In this document: piece after piece, positions 50,367-59,791 of the stretch | Position numbering within the stretch: position 1 is the first letter of the stretch | Layout of the letters: each line of letters begins with the position of its first letter | Source of the DNA: Thermoanaerobaculia bacterium | Lineage (GTDB): Bacteria; Acidobacteriota; Thermoanaerobaculia; Multivoradales; JAHEKO01 | Direction of reading: 5' to 3' | Length of the DNA stretch: 64,000 bases | NCBI GenBank assembly: GCA_947259725.1 | Contig: CAMYNM010000003.1 | Span: forward strand, 171,968-235,967 | Program-made: the position numbers and the translations under genes | Notes under the pieces: generated by a model | Databases searched by the model: none | The model's input: the letters and a program-made list of their open reading frames with translations, nothing else | What the model was told of the DNA's origin: nothing

Positions 50367-51095
50367 GTGACCGAGACCGACCATGCCGCGCCCGCTGGAG
50401 AGCGACCGACCTGGCCTCGAACGGCGGATCTGCGCGCCGTTTTCTTCGACTTCGACGGTGTCGTGCTCGACTCCGCGAACATCAAGGACCGGGCGTTTCG
50501 CGACCTCTTCGCCCACCTACCCGAGCTCCAAGAGCAGATCCTGGAGCACCATCGCGAGCATCTGGGGCGCTCTCGCTTCGAGAAGTTCGACTGGATCTAT
50601 CGCGTGCTACTGGGCAGAGAGCTCGAGCCGGATGAATCGGCGGCCCTCGGAGATCGCTTTTCCGAATTGTGCGAAGAAGAGATGCTCTCCTGTCCTTTCG
50701 TCCCCGGAGCTTGCGACCTCCTGGAGGCTCTTCAAGGCCGAATCGACTGCTGGCTAGTGTCCGCGACTCCACAGGAGGATCTCGACCGCCTGGTCGATCG
50801 GCGACGGCTGCGAGGCTATTTTCGGGAGATCTGCGGCTGGCCTCCGGCAAAGACCGCGGTCTTCGCCGGGCTCATGAGTCGCCACGACCTCGCGCCCGAC
50901 GAGGTGCTCTCGATCGGAGACGGCCTCTCCGACTACCGCGCCGCCCGGGCCACCGGCGTACACTTCGTCGCGCGCGCCTGCGACTCGAGCCGTCAGGATT
51001 GGTCCTCCATGCCGGTTGCGACGGTCCGAGACCTGACCGAGATCCTCGACCGGCTCGGGCTGGCCGGAACAAGGGAAGCCAGCCGCGATGACTGA
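50367..51095 (+). CDS. HAD-superfamily hydrolase (phosphatase)
   Basis: VFFDFDGVVLDS (motif I DxDGT/V) and downstream SIGDGLSD motif IV. Confidence 0.8.
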   Translation: MTETDHAAPAGERPTWPRTADLRAVFFDFDGVVLDSANIKDRAFRDLFAHLPELQEQILEHHREHLGRSRFEKFDWIYRVLLGRELEPDESAALGDRFSELCEEEMLSCPFVPGACDLLEALQGRIDCWLVSATPQEDLDRLVDRRRLRGYFREICGWPPAKTAVFAGLMSRHDLAPDEVLSIGDGLSDYRAARATGVHFVARACDSSRQDWSSMPVATVRDLTEILDRLGLAGTREASRDD

Positions 51096-51870
51096 GGGCT
51101 CACGCGCGGGCTCCGAGCGGTCCCGCGAGGAGATCCAAGATGCCCAGTACGGATTCCCTTACCATTTCATCCCGCGCCAGACCGAAGCCGGCTTCGAGCA
51201 GTCGGTCACCGTACGGTGGGGATACCTCTACTGGTCCTACCTCGGCGTTGTCCTGGAACACCTCGAGAAGCTGCGACCGGCTTCCGTTCTGGATGTCGGT
51301 TCAGGCGACGGACGGCTGGTTTTTGAAGTCGCCACCAGGCTGCCGGGCGCGCGGGTTCTGGGTATCGACACTTCGGAGCGAGCGGTGGCGTTGGCGCAGG
51401 CGATGCACCCGGGCGGCGACTTCCGATCGGGCGACGTGACCCAACCCGGTTTCTTGAAGGAGGTCTTCGACGCGATCACCCTGGTGGAAGTCCTCGAGCA
51501 TGTTCCCAACGGGCAGATCCCCGCGCTCCGGAGCGCTCTGCGCCAGCACCTCGGTCCCGACGGACGGCTGGTCGTCACCGTACCCACCAAGAACGTGGTG
51601 ATCCACCCCAAGCACTACCAGCACTTCGATCTCGATTCTCTGAAGTCCGTGCTCGAGCCGGACTTCGAGTACGAAGTCGGAGCTTATTTGAATCGTCAGA
51701 GCCGGATCACGAGACTCATCGACCGCCTTGTGACCAATCGCTTCTTCGCGGTCCGCGAGCCCCGGCTGCTCGGCTGGCTTTTCGGCCTCTACCGGCGCCG
51801 TTTCCTCCACGCCACCCCGGCGACCGCCATGCGAATCTGCGCGGTGTTCAAGCCCGCCTCAGGAGACTAG
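51088..51870 (+). CDS. Class I SAM-dependent methyltransferase
   Basis: VLDVGSGDGRL glycine-rich SAM-binding motif and LVEVLEHV. Confidence 0.8.
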   Translation: MTEGSRAGSERSREEIQDAQYGFPYHFIPRQTEAGFEQSVTVRWGYLYWSYLGVVLEHLEKLRPASVLDVGSGDGRLVFEVATRLPGARVLGIDTSERAVALAQAMHPGGDFRSGDVTQPGFLKEVFDAITLVEVLEHVPNGQIPALRSALRQHLGPDGRLVVTVPTKNVVIHPKHYQHFDLDSLKSVLEPDFEYEVGAYLNRQSRITRLIDRLVTNRFFAVREPRLLGWLFGLYRRRFLHATPATAMRICAVFKPASGD

Positions 51871-51875
51871 GCGGC

Positions 51876-53393
51876 GTGGAAGCACGACCCGAGCCGTCCC
51901 TGACCCATCGGGCCTTCTCGGGCGCGCTCTGGACCGCTTCGGGGTGGGGCCTGAGCGCCGTCTTTCAGCTCGCCTTCGGCATCGCCCTCGCCCGGCTGCT
52001 GGGCCCCGAGATTCTCGGCGTCTATGCGGCCGCGCTGGTCGTGATCCGCTTCTCGGACGTCTTTGCCAACATCGGCATCGGACCGGCTCTGGTCCAGCGA
52101 GGGGCGCTCGAGCGCCGTCATCTGACCACCGGGGTCACGCTGGCGGTCGGCCTGTCCTTCGCGATCGCCGCCGTCACCTGGTTTGGAGCGCCGGCGATTT
52201 CGCGCTTCTATCGCATGCCCGAGGTCGAGCGTGCGGTCCGGCTGCTGACCCTGGTCTTTCCGCTACGTGGACTGGCCGTCGTGCCGCAGGCTCTGCTCCA
52301 GCGCAGCCTCCGGTTTCGCGATCTGGCCGCAATCGAAGCTTCGACCTACGTCTTCGGCTTCGGCATCGTGGGCGTGTCGCTGGCCTTTGCGGGCTACGGG
52401 CTCGACGCCCTCATCATCGCGACGATCAGCCAGGCGTTCCTGCACCTCGCGCTGCTCTCCTGGATCCAATCCTTCCCGCTCGTCCCGTCGGTCAAGTGGT
52501 CCGCCGTCCGCGAGCTGCTCAGCTTCGGCGGCGGGATCACCCTGGTCAGCATCTTCGGCTTCCTCGCGTTCCAGGCGGACAAGCTCATCGTCGGGCGATT
52601 CCTCGGGGCCGCTTCGCTCGGTCTCTACTCGCGCGCCTACAGCCTGTTCTCGACCTCGACCCGGCTTTACCAGAAGATCGCATCGACAGCTTTCTTTCCG
52701 CTTCTGTCACGGGTTCAGGACGACCGCGAACGGCTCGGACGGGGGTTTCGCCGTGGTCTCGCCCTCAACGTCATGACCGTCCTCCCGATGTCCGCCGTGC
52801 TGTTCGTGATCGCGCCCGACCTGATCCCCGCACTGCTCGGCTCCGCGTGGCAAGGCGTCGTGACTCCCTTTCGGGTGCTCATTCTCCTCGCCTTTCTGCG
52901 AGGTATCGCCAAGCTCTGCGGCCCGGTGCTGATGGCGGCTGCCAAGGTCTATTCGCTGGCCTGGATCCAGGCGCTGTTTGCGGCCTGCGTCGCCGCCGGC
53001 GCCTGGCTCGGAAGCCAGTGGGGGATCCCGGGCGTCGCGCTCGGCGTCGGCGTCGCGATCGTGGTTCAGTCGATTCTGCTCCTCGAGCTGAGCCTCCGAG
53101 TCACCGGTGTATCCAGGGGAATGGCCCTGCGAACGCTTATCCGGCCCGCCGCTCTGGCGCTCACGAGCGGAGCGGTGAGCCGGCTCCTGGTCGAGTTCTT
53201 GCGCTCGATGACGCCCGCTCCGGCTCTGGTGGTCGCCGGAACGCTGGCGGCGCTCGGGCTGCTGGCAGCGATCGCGATATGGGTTGCACCCGGGCTTGTT
53301 CTCGGCGACGACGCGCTGGCGGCCCTGCGCCAGCTCCCTGCTTTCCGAAGCTTCGAAAAGAAGCTGCGGCGATTCGGGAAGGCGGCCGTGTGA
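51876..53393 (+). CDS. wzx: Polysaccharide flippase (Wzx, MOP superfamily)
   Basis: About 14 predicted TM segments. The N-terminus has the polysaccharide-biosynthesis-protein pattern. Confidence 0.85.
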   Translation: MEARPEPSLTHRAFSGALWTASGWGLSAVFQLAFGIALARLLGPEILGVYAAALVVIRFSDVFANIGIGPALVQRGALERRHLTTGVTLAVGLSFAIAAVTWFGAPAISRFYRMPEVERAVRLLTLVFPLRGLAVVPQALLQRSLRFRDLAAIEASTYVFGFGIVGVSLAFAGYGLDALIIATISQAFLHLALLSWIQSFPLVPSVKWSAVRELLSFGGGITLVSIFGFLAFQADKLIVGRFLGAASLGLYSRAYSLFSTSTRLYQKIASTAFFPLLSRVQDDRERLGRGFRRGLALNVMTVLPMSAVLFVIAPDLIPALLGSAWQGVVTPFRVLILLAFLRGIAKLCGPVLMAAAKVYSLAWIQALFAACVAAGAWLGSQWGIPGVALGVGVAIVVQSILLLELSLRVTGVSRGMALRTLIRPAALALTSGAVSRLLVEFLRSMTPAPALVVAGTLAALGLLAAIAIWVAPGLVLGDDALAALRQLPAFRSFEKKLRRFGKAAV

Positions 53394-54160
53394 AGTTCGA
53401 CGAACGTCGCGAGCCGAATGGACGGAAGAGCTATCCGGCGAGAACCCACTACACCGGTAGCGTCGCGCGCGAGTATCTCGCCCGGCGAGCCGGAGAGCCG
53501 AAGTGGATCCTCGAGAACGAGGCTGTGGCCCGATTGCTCGGAAGACTCCCAGAGTCAGCCCGGATCCTCGACGCTCCCATCGGCACCGCCCGACTCCAGC
53601 CGATCTACAACGAGCTCGGCGTCGCGGCGATCGGCGTCGACGTGTCGCTCGCGATGCTCGAGCAAGCTCCCGGAGCACTGCGCGGCTCGATCGTACGCGG
53701 CGACGTCGCCCGGCTGCCCTTCCCCGACCGGAGCGTTGACTATGTCGTTTCCATGCGGTTTCTCAACTGGCTTCCCGCCGCCGAGCTCGAACAAGTGCTC
53801 GGCGAGTTTCTCCGGGTCGCGAAACAGGGACTGATTGTCCAGATCCGAGTCCGCGAACCCGGCCGCCCGTCGCACGTTCTGCGGGCTCTGCGCAGCCTGG
53901 CAGGCAGTCCGATCAAGACCCTCGGGCGCCTGTCCGGTCCGCTGCGAAGGCGGCTCGCGAATGGGCCGCCGAGCATCTCGATTCCGGACGCCGCCGATGT
54001 GAAGGCGCTCTTCGATCGGAGCCGGCTCGACGTAGCCGCGATCGAGACCGTCGCCGATGGCACCGAGTACAGCCGACGTCTCTTCCGCTACACCCCCCTG
54101 AGGCTCTTTCTACTTCAACCCTGTGCCACGGGAGCGGCTTCGGGGCCGGATCGACCTTGA
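53390..54160 (+). CDS. Class I SAM-dependent methyltransferase (Methyltransf_11/25-like)
   Basis: ILDAPIGTARL...VGVDVSLAMLEQA...VARLPFPDRSVDYVVS. GTG start overlapping the wzx stop (GTGA). Hidden inside a longer artefactual ORF in the track. Confidence 0.75.
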   Translation: MKFDERREPNGRKSYPARTHYTGSVAREYLARRAGEPKWILENEAVARLLGRLPESARILDAPIGTARLQPIYNELGVAAIGVDVSLAMLEQAPGALRGSIVRGDVARLPFPDRSVDYVVSMRFLNWLPAAELEQVLGEFLRVAKQGLIVQIRVREPGRPSHVLRALRSLAGSPIKTLGRLSGPLRRRLANGPPSISIPDAADVKALFDRSRLDVAAIETVADGTEYSRRLFRYTPLRLFLLQPCATGAASGPDRP

Positions 54161-54864
54161 ATCGGTTACTCGTCGAGTTCGCCGGACTTCCCGGAGCGGG
54201 CAAGAGCACGCTCGCGAGCGCGGTCGCCGAGATCCTCGAAGATCTCGGCTTCTCTCTGGCAACCGATCCGCGCTCGCCGGCCGTGTCGCTGCCGACTCGA
54301 CTGACCTACGTCAGGCTTCTCGCGTCGCGGCCGGCGTTCGTGCTCGGGTCGGTTGCGACCATCGCGCGGACTCGTCCGCTGACGGCACGGGATCTGCGTT
54401 GGGCGACCGGCACCTGGCTCAAACGCGTCGCGCGGCTCGTTCAGGCGTCCCGAAAGCCCGGCATCCACCTGTTCGACCCCGGCGTCGCGCAGGCTCTCTG
54501 GTCGATCGGCGCTCGCAGCCGGATGGCCGCGTTTTCTCAATCGGCGCATGTTCTGCTTCGGCGCGCGCCGCGGCCCGATCTCCTCGCGGTCATCGACGCG
54601 CCCAACGAAACGCTCGTTTCGCGTTTGCGGCGCCGTCCGGGCTCGACCAGCGTCCTTGAGCGAGACACGCTCTCACCGGAGGCGATCGCGCGCGGTCGCC
54701 AGCGGATGGATGAGGTGCTCGGCGCACTCGGTCGGCTCGAAGCGGGGCCCGGCGTCGAGCGGTTTGTCAATCCGGACGCCGCGCAACCGTCCGCCACCGC
54801 TAGGCGAATCGTCGACTGGATCGACGACCGAGTGGATTTCGCGCCTCGGGAAGCCTCTGAATGA
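54157..54864 (+). CDS. P-loop NTPase / small-molecule kinase-like protein (Walker A GLPGAGKST)
   Basis: Walker A immediately at the N-terminus, as in AAA_33/APS-kinase-like kinases. Downstream APS-kinase motifs are absent. TTG start overlapping the upstream stop. Confidence 0.55.
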   Translation: MNRLLVEFAGLPGAGKSTLASAVAEILEDLGFSLATDPRSPAVSLPTRLTYVRLLASRPAFVLGSVATIARTRPLTARDLRWATGTWLKRVARLVQASRKPGIHLFDPGVAQALWSIGARSRMAAFSQSAHVLLRRAPRPDLLAVIDAPNETLVSRLRRRPGSTSVLERDTLSPEAIARGRQRMDEVLGALGRLEAGPGVERFVNPDAAQPSATARRIVDWIDDRVDFAPREASE

Positions 54865-55990
54865 GAATTCTCTACGTCTCGTTCTCCTACGTACCGTCCA
54901 GACGTGCCAGCAGCGTCCACGTCGTCAAGATGTGCCACGCGCTGGCCGGCACGGGCCATTCGGTGACCCTGGTCACCAAAAAGTGCGCGGCCCGCCAGGA
55001 ACCCGGCGTCGCCGACGACTTCACGACTTCGCGTTCTACGGAGTCGAGCCCGGCTTCTTGATCGAGAAGCTGCCCCGGCCCGAGCTCCGCGGCGGCGGCG
55101 CGGTCTACTTGGCGTTCGTGCTCGTGCGACTCCTCCGAAGCCGCGGCGCGCTCGTCTACACGCGTGATCCCTTTACCGCCTGGCTCGCCGCCAAGCTCGG
55201 AAAGCCGCTGATCTTCGAGCAGCACGGCGTGCTGCGTCGCCCTTGGGTGAATCGCTTGATCGACTCGACGCTGCGCGCGCGCTCTCTGAGGCGCCTGGTC
55301 CTGGTTTCGGGCCAGCTCGAGGCGAGCTTCCGCAGCGCGGGCCGGATTCCGAGCCATGGCGACGTCGTCGTCGCTCACGACGGCGCCGATGCGGTGCCGC
55401 TTCCCGACGCGGCACGAGCCGTCACAGCAAAGCCGCGCATCGGATATGTCGGCAACCTCTACCCCGGCCGAGGCGTCGATCTTGTCGTCGAGCTGGCCCG
55501 ACGCATACGGGAAGCCGACTTCGAGATCGTGGGCGGTGACGACGCCGAGCTCGAGAGGCTCGCCGCCTCGGACCTGCCAGCAAATCTGCGTCTGGCAGGC
55601 TTCGTCTCCCCTGGGCGGTTAGGAGAACGCTACCTCCGCTTCGACGTGCTGCTCATGCCCTATGCCCGAGAGGTCATGGTCGCAGGCGGAGGTCTCGACA
55701 CGAGCCGCTTCATGTCGCCGCTCAAGATGTTCGAGTACATGGCCGCAGGCCGCGCCATCGTTTCCTCGGATCTGCCGGTTCTGAGAGAAGTCCTGGAAAA
55801 CGAACGCAACGCGCTCCTGGTGCCTCCTGAAGAACCCGAGCTCTGGGAGCGCGCGGTCCGCCGTTTGATGGTCGAGTCCGACCTTCGCCGGCGCCTCGGC
55901 CGGAGCGCCCGACTCGACCTCGAACGTCACTACACCTGGGCTGCCAGAGCTCGCCGGGTACTCGACGGCGCCGGAGCGAATCATCGCTAG
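54861..55990 (+). pseudogene. GT4 family glycosyltransferase interrupted by a frameshift (8-bp tandem duplication)
   Basis: N-terminus MRILYVSFSYVPSRRASSVHVV is in frame 0 and stops at 55061. The rest of the GT4 domain, including the catalytic C-terminal region, continues in another frame to 55990. Removing one 8-bp copy (cgacttca) restores a continuous ...GVADDFAFYGVEPGF... protein. Confidence 0.6.
55016..55031. repeat. 8-bp tandem duplication cgacttca/cgacttcg at the frameshift site of the GT4 gene
   Basis: Direct reading of the sequence: cgacttcacgacttcg. Confidence 0.85.
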
Positions 55991-56040
55991 ACTGTGTGTG
56001 GCGAACCCTCGTCGTATCGGGGCCGCCCCGTGAGTGGATC

Positions 56041-57213
56041 ATGCCGGCATCTCCAATGACCTCCCCCCGGAAGCTTCTCGTGGTCCGACCCACGCTGGGG
56101 CAAGGTGGCGCCGACCGCGTTACTGCAACCCTGCTGCGCAACATGGACCCCACTCGGTTCGACACGAGCCTGCTGCTTTTCAGGCGCGAGGGCCCCCACC
56201 TCGGCGACGTCCCCGACGAGATACCGGTCAGGGCGCTCGGAGCTCGCAGCTTGTGGACGGCCTGGTGGCCCTTGGCCCGGCACTTGCGCGCCCAGCCACC
56301 CGATGTTCTCTTCTCGACCTGCAGCGGCACCAACGTCGTCGCGTGTATCGCGAGTGCGCTCGCCGGCCGGCCCGCCCGCCTGGTTCTTTCGGAGCGCAAC
56401 GTTCTCCTGAGAGACCAGCCCTTCTTCAAAAAGTGGCTGATGTTACTCGCCAAACGAGTGCTCTATCGGTCGGCCGATACTGTCACCGCGGTATCCCGGG
56501 GCGTCGCCGACGACCTGATCGAGAAGCTCTCGGTGTCACCCGATCGGGTTCGGGTCGTCTACAACCCGATCGTCGAGCCGGGGATCGACGAGCTCGCCGT
56601 CGAGCCTCTCGACGAACCTCCGTACGGCGGGGCCGAGCCGATTCTTCTCGCCGCGGGCCGGCTGGTCCCTGCCAAGGGCTTCGACGTCCTCCTTCGGGCC
56701 TTCGCCGAGATCACCCGCCGGAAGGACGCCAGCCTGGTGATCCTGGGGGACGGCCCGGCGAGAAGAGCGCTTCGGGCTCTAGCCGCCTCCCTTGGGATAG
56801 AAAGCCGGGTCTTTTTCCCCGGCTTCGTCAAGAACCCCTTCCGCTACATGGCCCGATCGACGGTGTTCGTTCTTTCCTCCCGATATGAAGGACTTCCGGG
56901 AGTCTTGATCCAGGCGATGGCCTGCGGCGTACCGGTCGTCTCGACCGACTGCCCGGCGGGCCCGAACGAGATCATCACCCAGGGAAAGGACGGCATCCTG
57001 GTTCCAGTCGGATCGGCCGAGGCGCTCGCCACCGAGATCACCCGCCTGCTTCACGATGCCGACCTTCGCCAACGGCTGGGAGCCGCCGGACGGGAACGCG
57101 CCCAGCGTTTTTCGGTCGCGACCGTTACCGATGACTATCTGCGCGCGCTCACCGGCGGCGCGAGCTTCACGACGCCCGATGCCCACGGGTCGTCGCGGTC
57201 CACGACCGGATAG
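56041..57213 (+). CDS. GT4 family glycosyltransferase
   Basis: EGLPGVLIQAMACGVPVVSTD (the EX7E region) and the N-terminal GT-B domain. Start uncertain: a GTG at 55996 would extend the product. Confidence 0.85.
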   Translation: MPASPMTSPRKLLVVRPTLGQGGADRVTATLLRNMDPTRFDTSLLLFRREGPHLGDVPDEIPVRALGARSLWTAWWPLARHLRAQPPDVLFSTCSGTNVVACIASALAGRPARLVLSERNVLLRDQPFFKKWLMLLAKRVLYRSADTVTAVSRGVADDLIEKLSVSPDRVRVVYNPIVEPGIDELAVEPLDEPPYGGAEPILLAAGRLVPAKGFDVLLRAFAEITRRKDASLVILGDGPARRALRALAASLGIESRVFFPGFVKNPFRYMARSTVFVLSSRYEGLPGVLIQAMACGVPVVSTDCPAGPNEIITQGKDGILVPVGSAEALATEITRLLHDADLRQRLGAAGRERAQRFSVATVTDDYLRALTGGASFTTPDAHGSSRSTTG

Positions 57214-57216
57214 GCG

Positions 57217-58410
57217 ATGCCGGCCGAGATCGTCTTTCTGATCTCCAACGATCGGCACCACCCGGCGATGGTGGAACCGGTCATGCGGCAAATACTGGAG
57301 CGCGGCCAGGCCGGCTGCCGGGTCGTCTCACTGTGCGAGCTGCGGGGCCAGACCTCTCCGACCGACACTTTCCGGCGGATTGGAGTCGACTGCCGGCGCG
57401 TTCTGCCGTTTCACCTGCGCCGAGGCGCGGTCGCCCGGGGCGTCACCGCCTCCAAGTCGGTCTCCGGCCGTCACAAGCATCTTCAAGACCTGGTCTGGCG
57501 GCTCGCGGTCGGACCTCGGCTCGCCGCCCTGCTCTCGCCGGACCCGGCGGTAGTGGTTCTACCCAACGACGCCGCCTATCCCTACGATCGTCTGGTCCGG
57601 CGGCTCCGGCGGCGCAAGACGCCTTTCGTCCTGTTGCAAGAGGGGATTCGCTTCGAGCTACCGGGGGTTCCCCTTTCGCGCGCCTACGGAAGCGGCGGCG
57701 CTGCAGCGATCGCCGCCTGGGGCGACTCGAGCGCCGGCTACTTCCAAAGCGCCGGGGTCGAGCCTCAGCGGATACACGTCACCGGCAACCCGCGCTTCGA
57801 CGGAATCGAGAGCCTGCGTCCGAAGCAGCGTCCGCAGAAACAGGCAGCGATATCAGAGCCCAAGAAACTCCTGGTGGTCACCAATCCGATCGACGAGCAA
57901 GGTTTCTGCTCGAGTGACGAAAAGCTCGCGCTCGTTCGTCGTTTTGCCGACGAGATCACAACTCTGGTCGAGGACCGGACTCTGCGCCTCGAGCTCAAGC
58001 TGCATGCGAGTGAGTCGGCCGACGACTACCGCAGGGCGCTCGCCGGCTCTTCGATTCTGAGCCAACTCTCGATCTTCGAGAACGAACCTCTCTTTCCGCT
58101 GCTCCAATCGGCCGACGCCGTGGTCATCATGGCCTCGACCGTCGGACTGGAGGCACTTCTCTTCGACGTTTCGCTCGGCGTTCTCGAGCTTCCCGGAACG
58201 GGCTTCGTATTCGACTACGTTCGCGACGGAGCGGCAATCGGGCTCACCTGGTCGAGGCCCATGGCCCCTCAGGTTCTAGCTCTGCTGGACTATCATTCCT
58301 CAGACACCGCGCGGTTTCTCATGAAGCACCTACACCGATCGCCCGACCGGCCGGCATCGGAGGCGGTCGCCCTGCTGATCGTCGATCTCGCATCGCCGGG
58401 CGCCGGCTGA
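57217..58410 (+). CDS. Uncharacterised protein in the polysaccharide locus (possible glycosyl/phosphotransferase; VTGNPRFD motif)
   Basis: 397-aa soluble protein with no clear family. Weak resemblance to capsule-biosynthesis or glycerophosphotransferase-like proteins. Confidence 0.5.
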   Translation: MPAEIVFLISNDRHHPAMVEPVMRQILERGQAGCRVVSLCELRGQTSPTDTFRRIGVDCRRVLPFHLRRGAVARGVTASKSVSGRHKHLQDLVWRLAVGPRLAALLSPDPAVVVLPNDAAYPYDRLVRRLRRRKTPFVLLQEGIRFELPGVPLSRAYGSGGAAAIAAWGDSSAGYFQSAGVEPQRIHVTGNPRFDGIESLRPKQRPQKQAAISEPKKLLVVTNPIDEQGFCSSDEKLALVRRFADEITTLVEDRTLRLELKLHASESADDYRRALAGSSILSQLSIFENEPLFPLLQSADAVVIMASTVGLEALLFDVSLGVLELPGTGFVFDYVRDGAAIGLTWSRPMAPQVLALLDYHSSDTARFLMKHLHRSPDRPASEAVALLIVDLASPGAG

Positions 58411-58420
58411 ATAAGGAACC

Positions 58421-59791
58421 ATGAACCAACCCGAAACGCGATCGATTCTGCACCTGCTTCTGCCGGCCCTGGTTTTTTCGGCGTTCTTGACCGAGATCAA
58501 GTTCATCCCCGCAATCGCCAACAACGTCGGGCTCTTCGAAGTGCTCGGCGGGCTCGCCATCGCTCTGTTCTTCCTGATACCGCACGGCAGCGCGATCTCC
58601 GGGAATCCTCTGATCGCGATGGTCGGATTGATGGTCGTAGCGGCAGTGGCGTCTCTGGTCAACGTGCAGGCGGGCTCGCTGCAAACCGGGCTGATTCAGG
58701 TCACGATTCTGGTCTTTCTTCTGCTGTTCCTGTTGGTCTTCTACAACCTGTTCCTGCAGCGTCAGATCGATCCCAGCTACCTCTTGCGATGGATCACCTT
58801 GTCGGCTGCCATCGTGGGTCCGTGGATTCTCCGGCAAGGATTCCTCTACTCGACGGACATCGAAGCGGTGGGCCCGTTCCGGAATCGGTCACACATGGGC
58901 ATCTACATGCTGACCGCCTTCTGGTTGGTGCTCGTCTATACGTTCTGGCCGGATCGGCGCCGAGTCAGATGGACCAAGTGGATCAAGACACCCGTGTGTC
59001 TGGTGGCCCTGGCGCTAAGCCTGTACGCGGTAGCGATCTCGGGACGACGGTCGGTCTACTTGTCGCTATTTCTCGGTCTGGTCGGTCTGGTGCTGGTTTT
59101 CAATCTCGTCTTGCGACGGCGCCGCGCGGTGGTCGCCGTCATCCTCGCCTTCGCTGTCGGCTTCTTAGGTCTGCTTTACACCGGCGGCGGCGATTTCCTG
59201 CCGCGCAGCGACTTCTTCCAGGCGCGGGTAGACATGATCGGAAGCCGGCTGCGCACGGCCTCGGACGCCATCTCGGGAGCTTCCGAGTCCGGATTCATGG
59301 CCATGCAGATGCAGGGCGTCAAGACTGCCGTCAGCACGCATCCTCTGCTGGGGATCGGCTGGGGCACCTTCCACGAATGGGTCCTCAACCCGAGCCGACA
59401 CGAGGTTCACAGCACGCCCTTGAAGTTCCTGGCCGAGACCGGCTTCTTCGGCTTGGCTATCTATCTCACCTTCCTGTTTCGCCTGGTGTTCGGCGCCGGC
59501 CGCCTCGCGGTGCGCATGCGCGGCTCGCCGTATGCCGCCAGTTACCTGGTGCTTTCTGTGGCAACGGCGAGCCTGTCGGTGAGTTATCTGTACAACCGGC
59601 ATCTCACTGAGCGAACCTTCTGGCTGCTTCTCCTCGTCTTTCTGGTGCTCGAGGCCTTCGCCTTCGGGTACGAAAGCGAGATACTGAAACGACAAGCCGC
59701 GCGCAGCCAAGCCGCCGCGCGCCTCGAGCCGGCTCCTCCGCTATCGCACGGCCAGCCGATCAACGTCCCCGCCGGCCATGACCGCGCCTGA
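58421..59791 (+). CDS. O-antigen polymerase-like (Wzy_C family) membrane protein
   Basis: At least 10 TM segments and a large periplasmic loop with HEVHSTPLKFLAETG, a Wzy_C motif. Confidence 0.75.
   Translation: MNQPETRSILHLLLPALVFSAFLTEIKFIPAIANNVGLFEVLGGLAIALFFLIPHGSAISGNPLIAMVGLMVVAAVASLVNVQAGSLQTGLIQVTILVFLLLFLLVFYNLFLQRQIDPSYLLRWITLSAAIVGPWILRQGFLYSTDIEAVGPFRNRSHMGIYMLTAFWLVLVYTFWPDRRRVRWTKWIKTPVCLVALALSLYAVAISGRRSVYLSLFLGLVGLVLVFNLVLRRRRAVVAVILAFAVGFLGLLYTGGGDFLPRSDFFQARVDMIGSRLRTASDAISGASESGFMAMQMQGVKTAVSTHPLLGIGWGTFHEWVLNPSRHEVHSTPLKFLAETGFFGLAIYLTFLFRLVFGAGRLAVRMRGSPYAASYLVLSVATASLSVSYLYNRHLTERTFWLLLLVFLVLEAFAFGYESEILKRQAARSQAAARLEPAPPLSHGQPINVPAGHDRA

Noticed and set aside
51944-54160. 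738-aa ORF in the track
   Set aside because: It is an out-of-frame read through the wzx flippase gene with an R/A-rich translation. Only its last ~256 codons (53390..54160) form a genuine methyltransferase gene, which I called separately.
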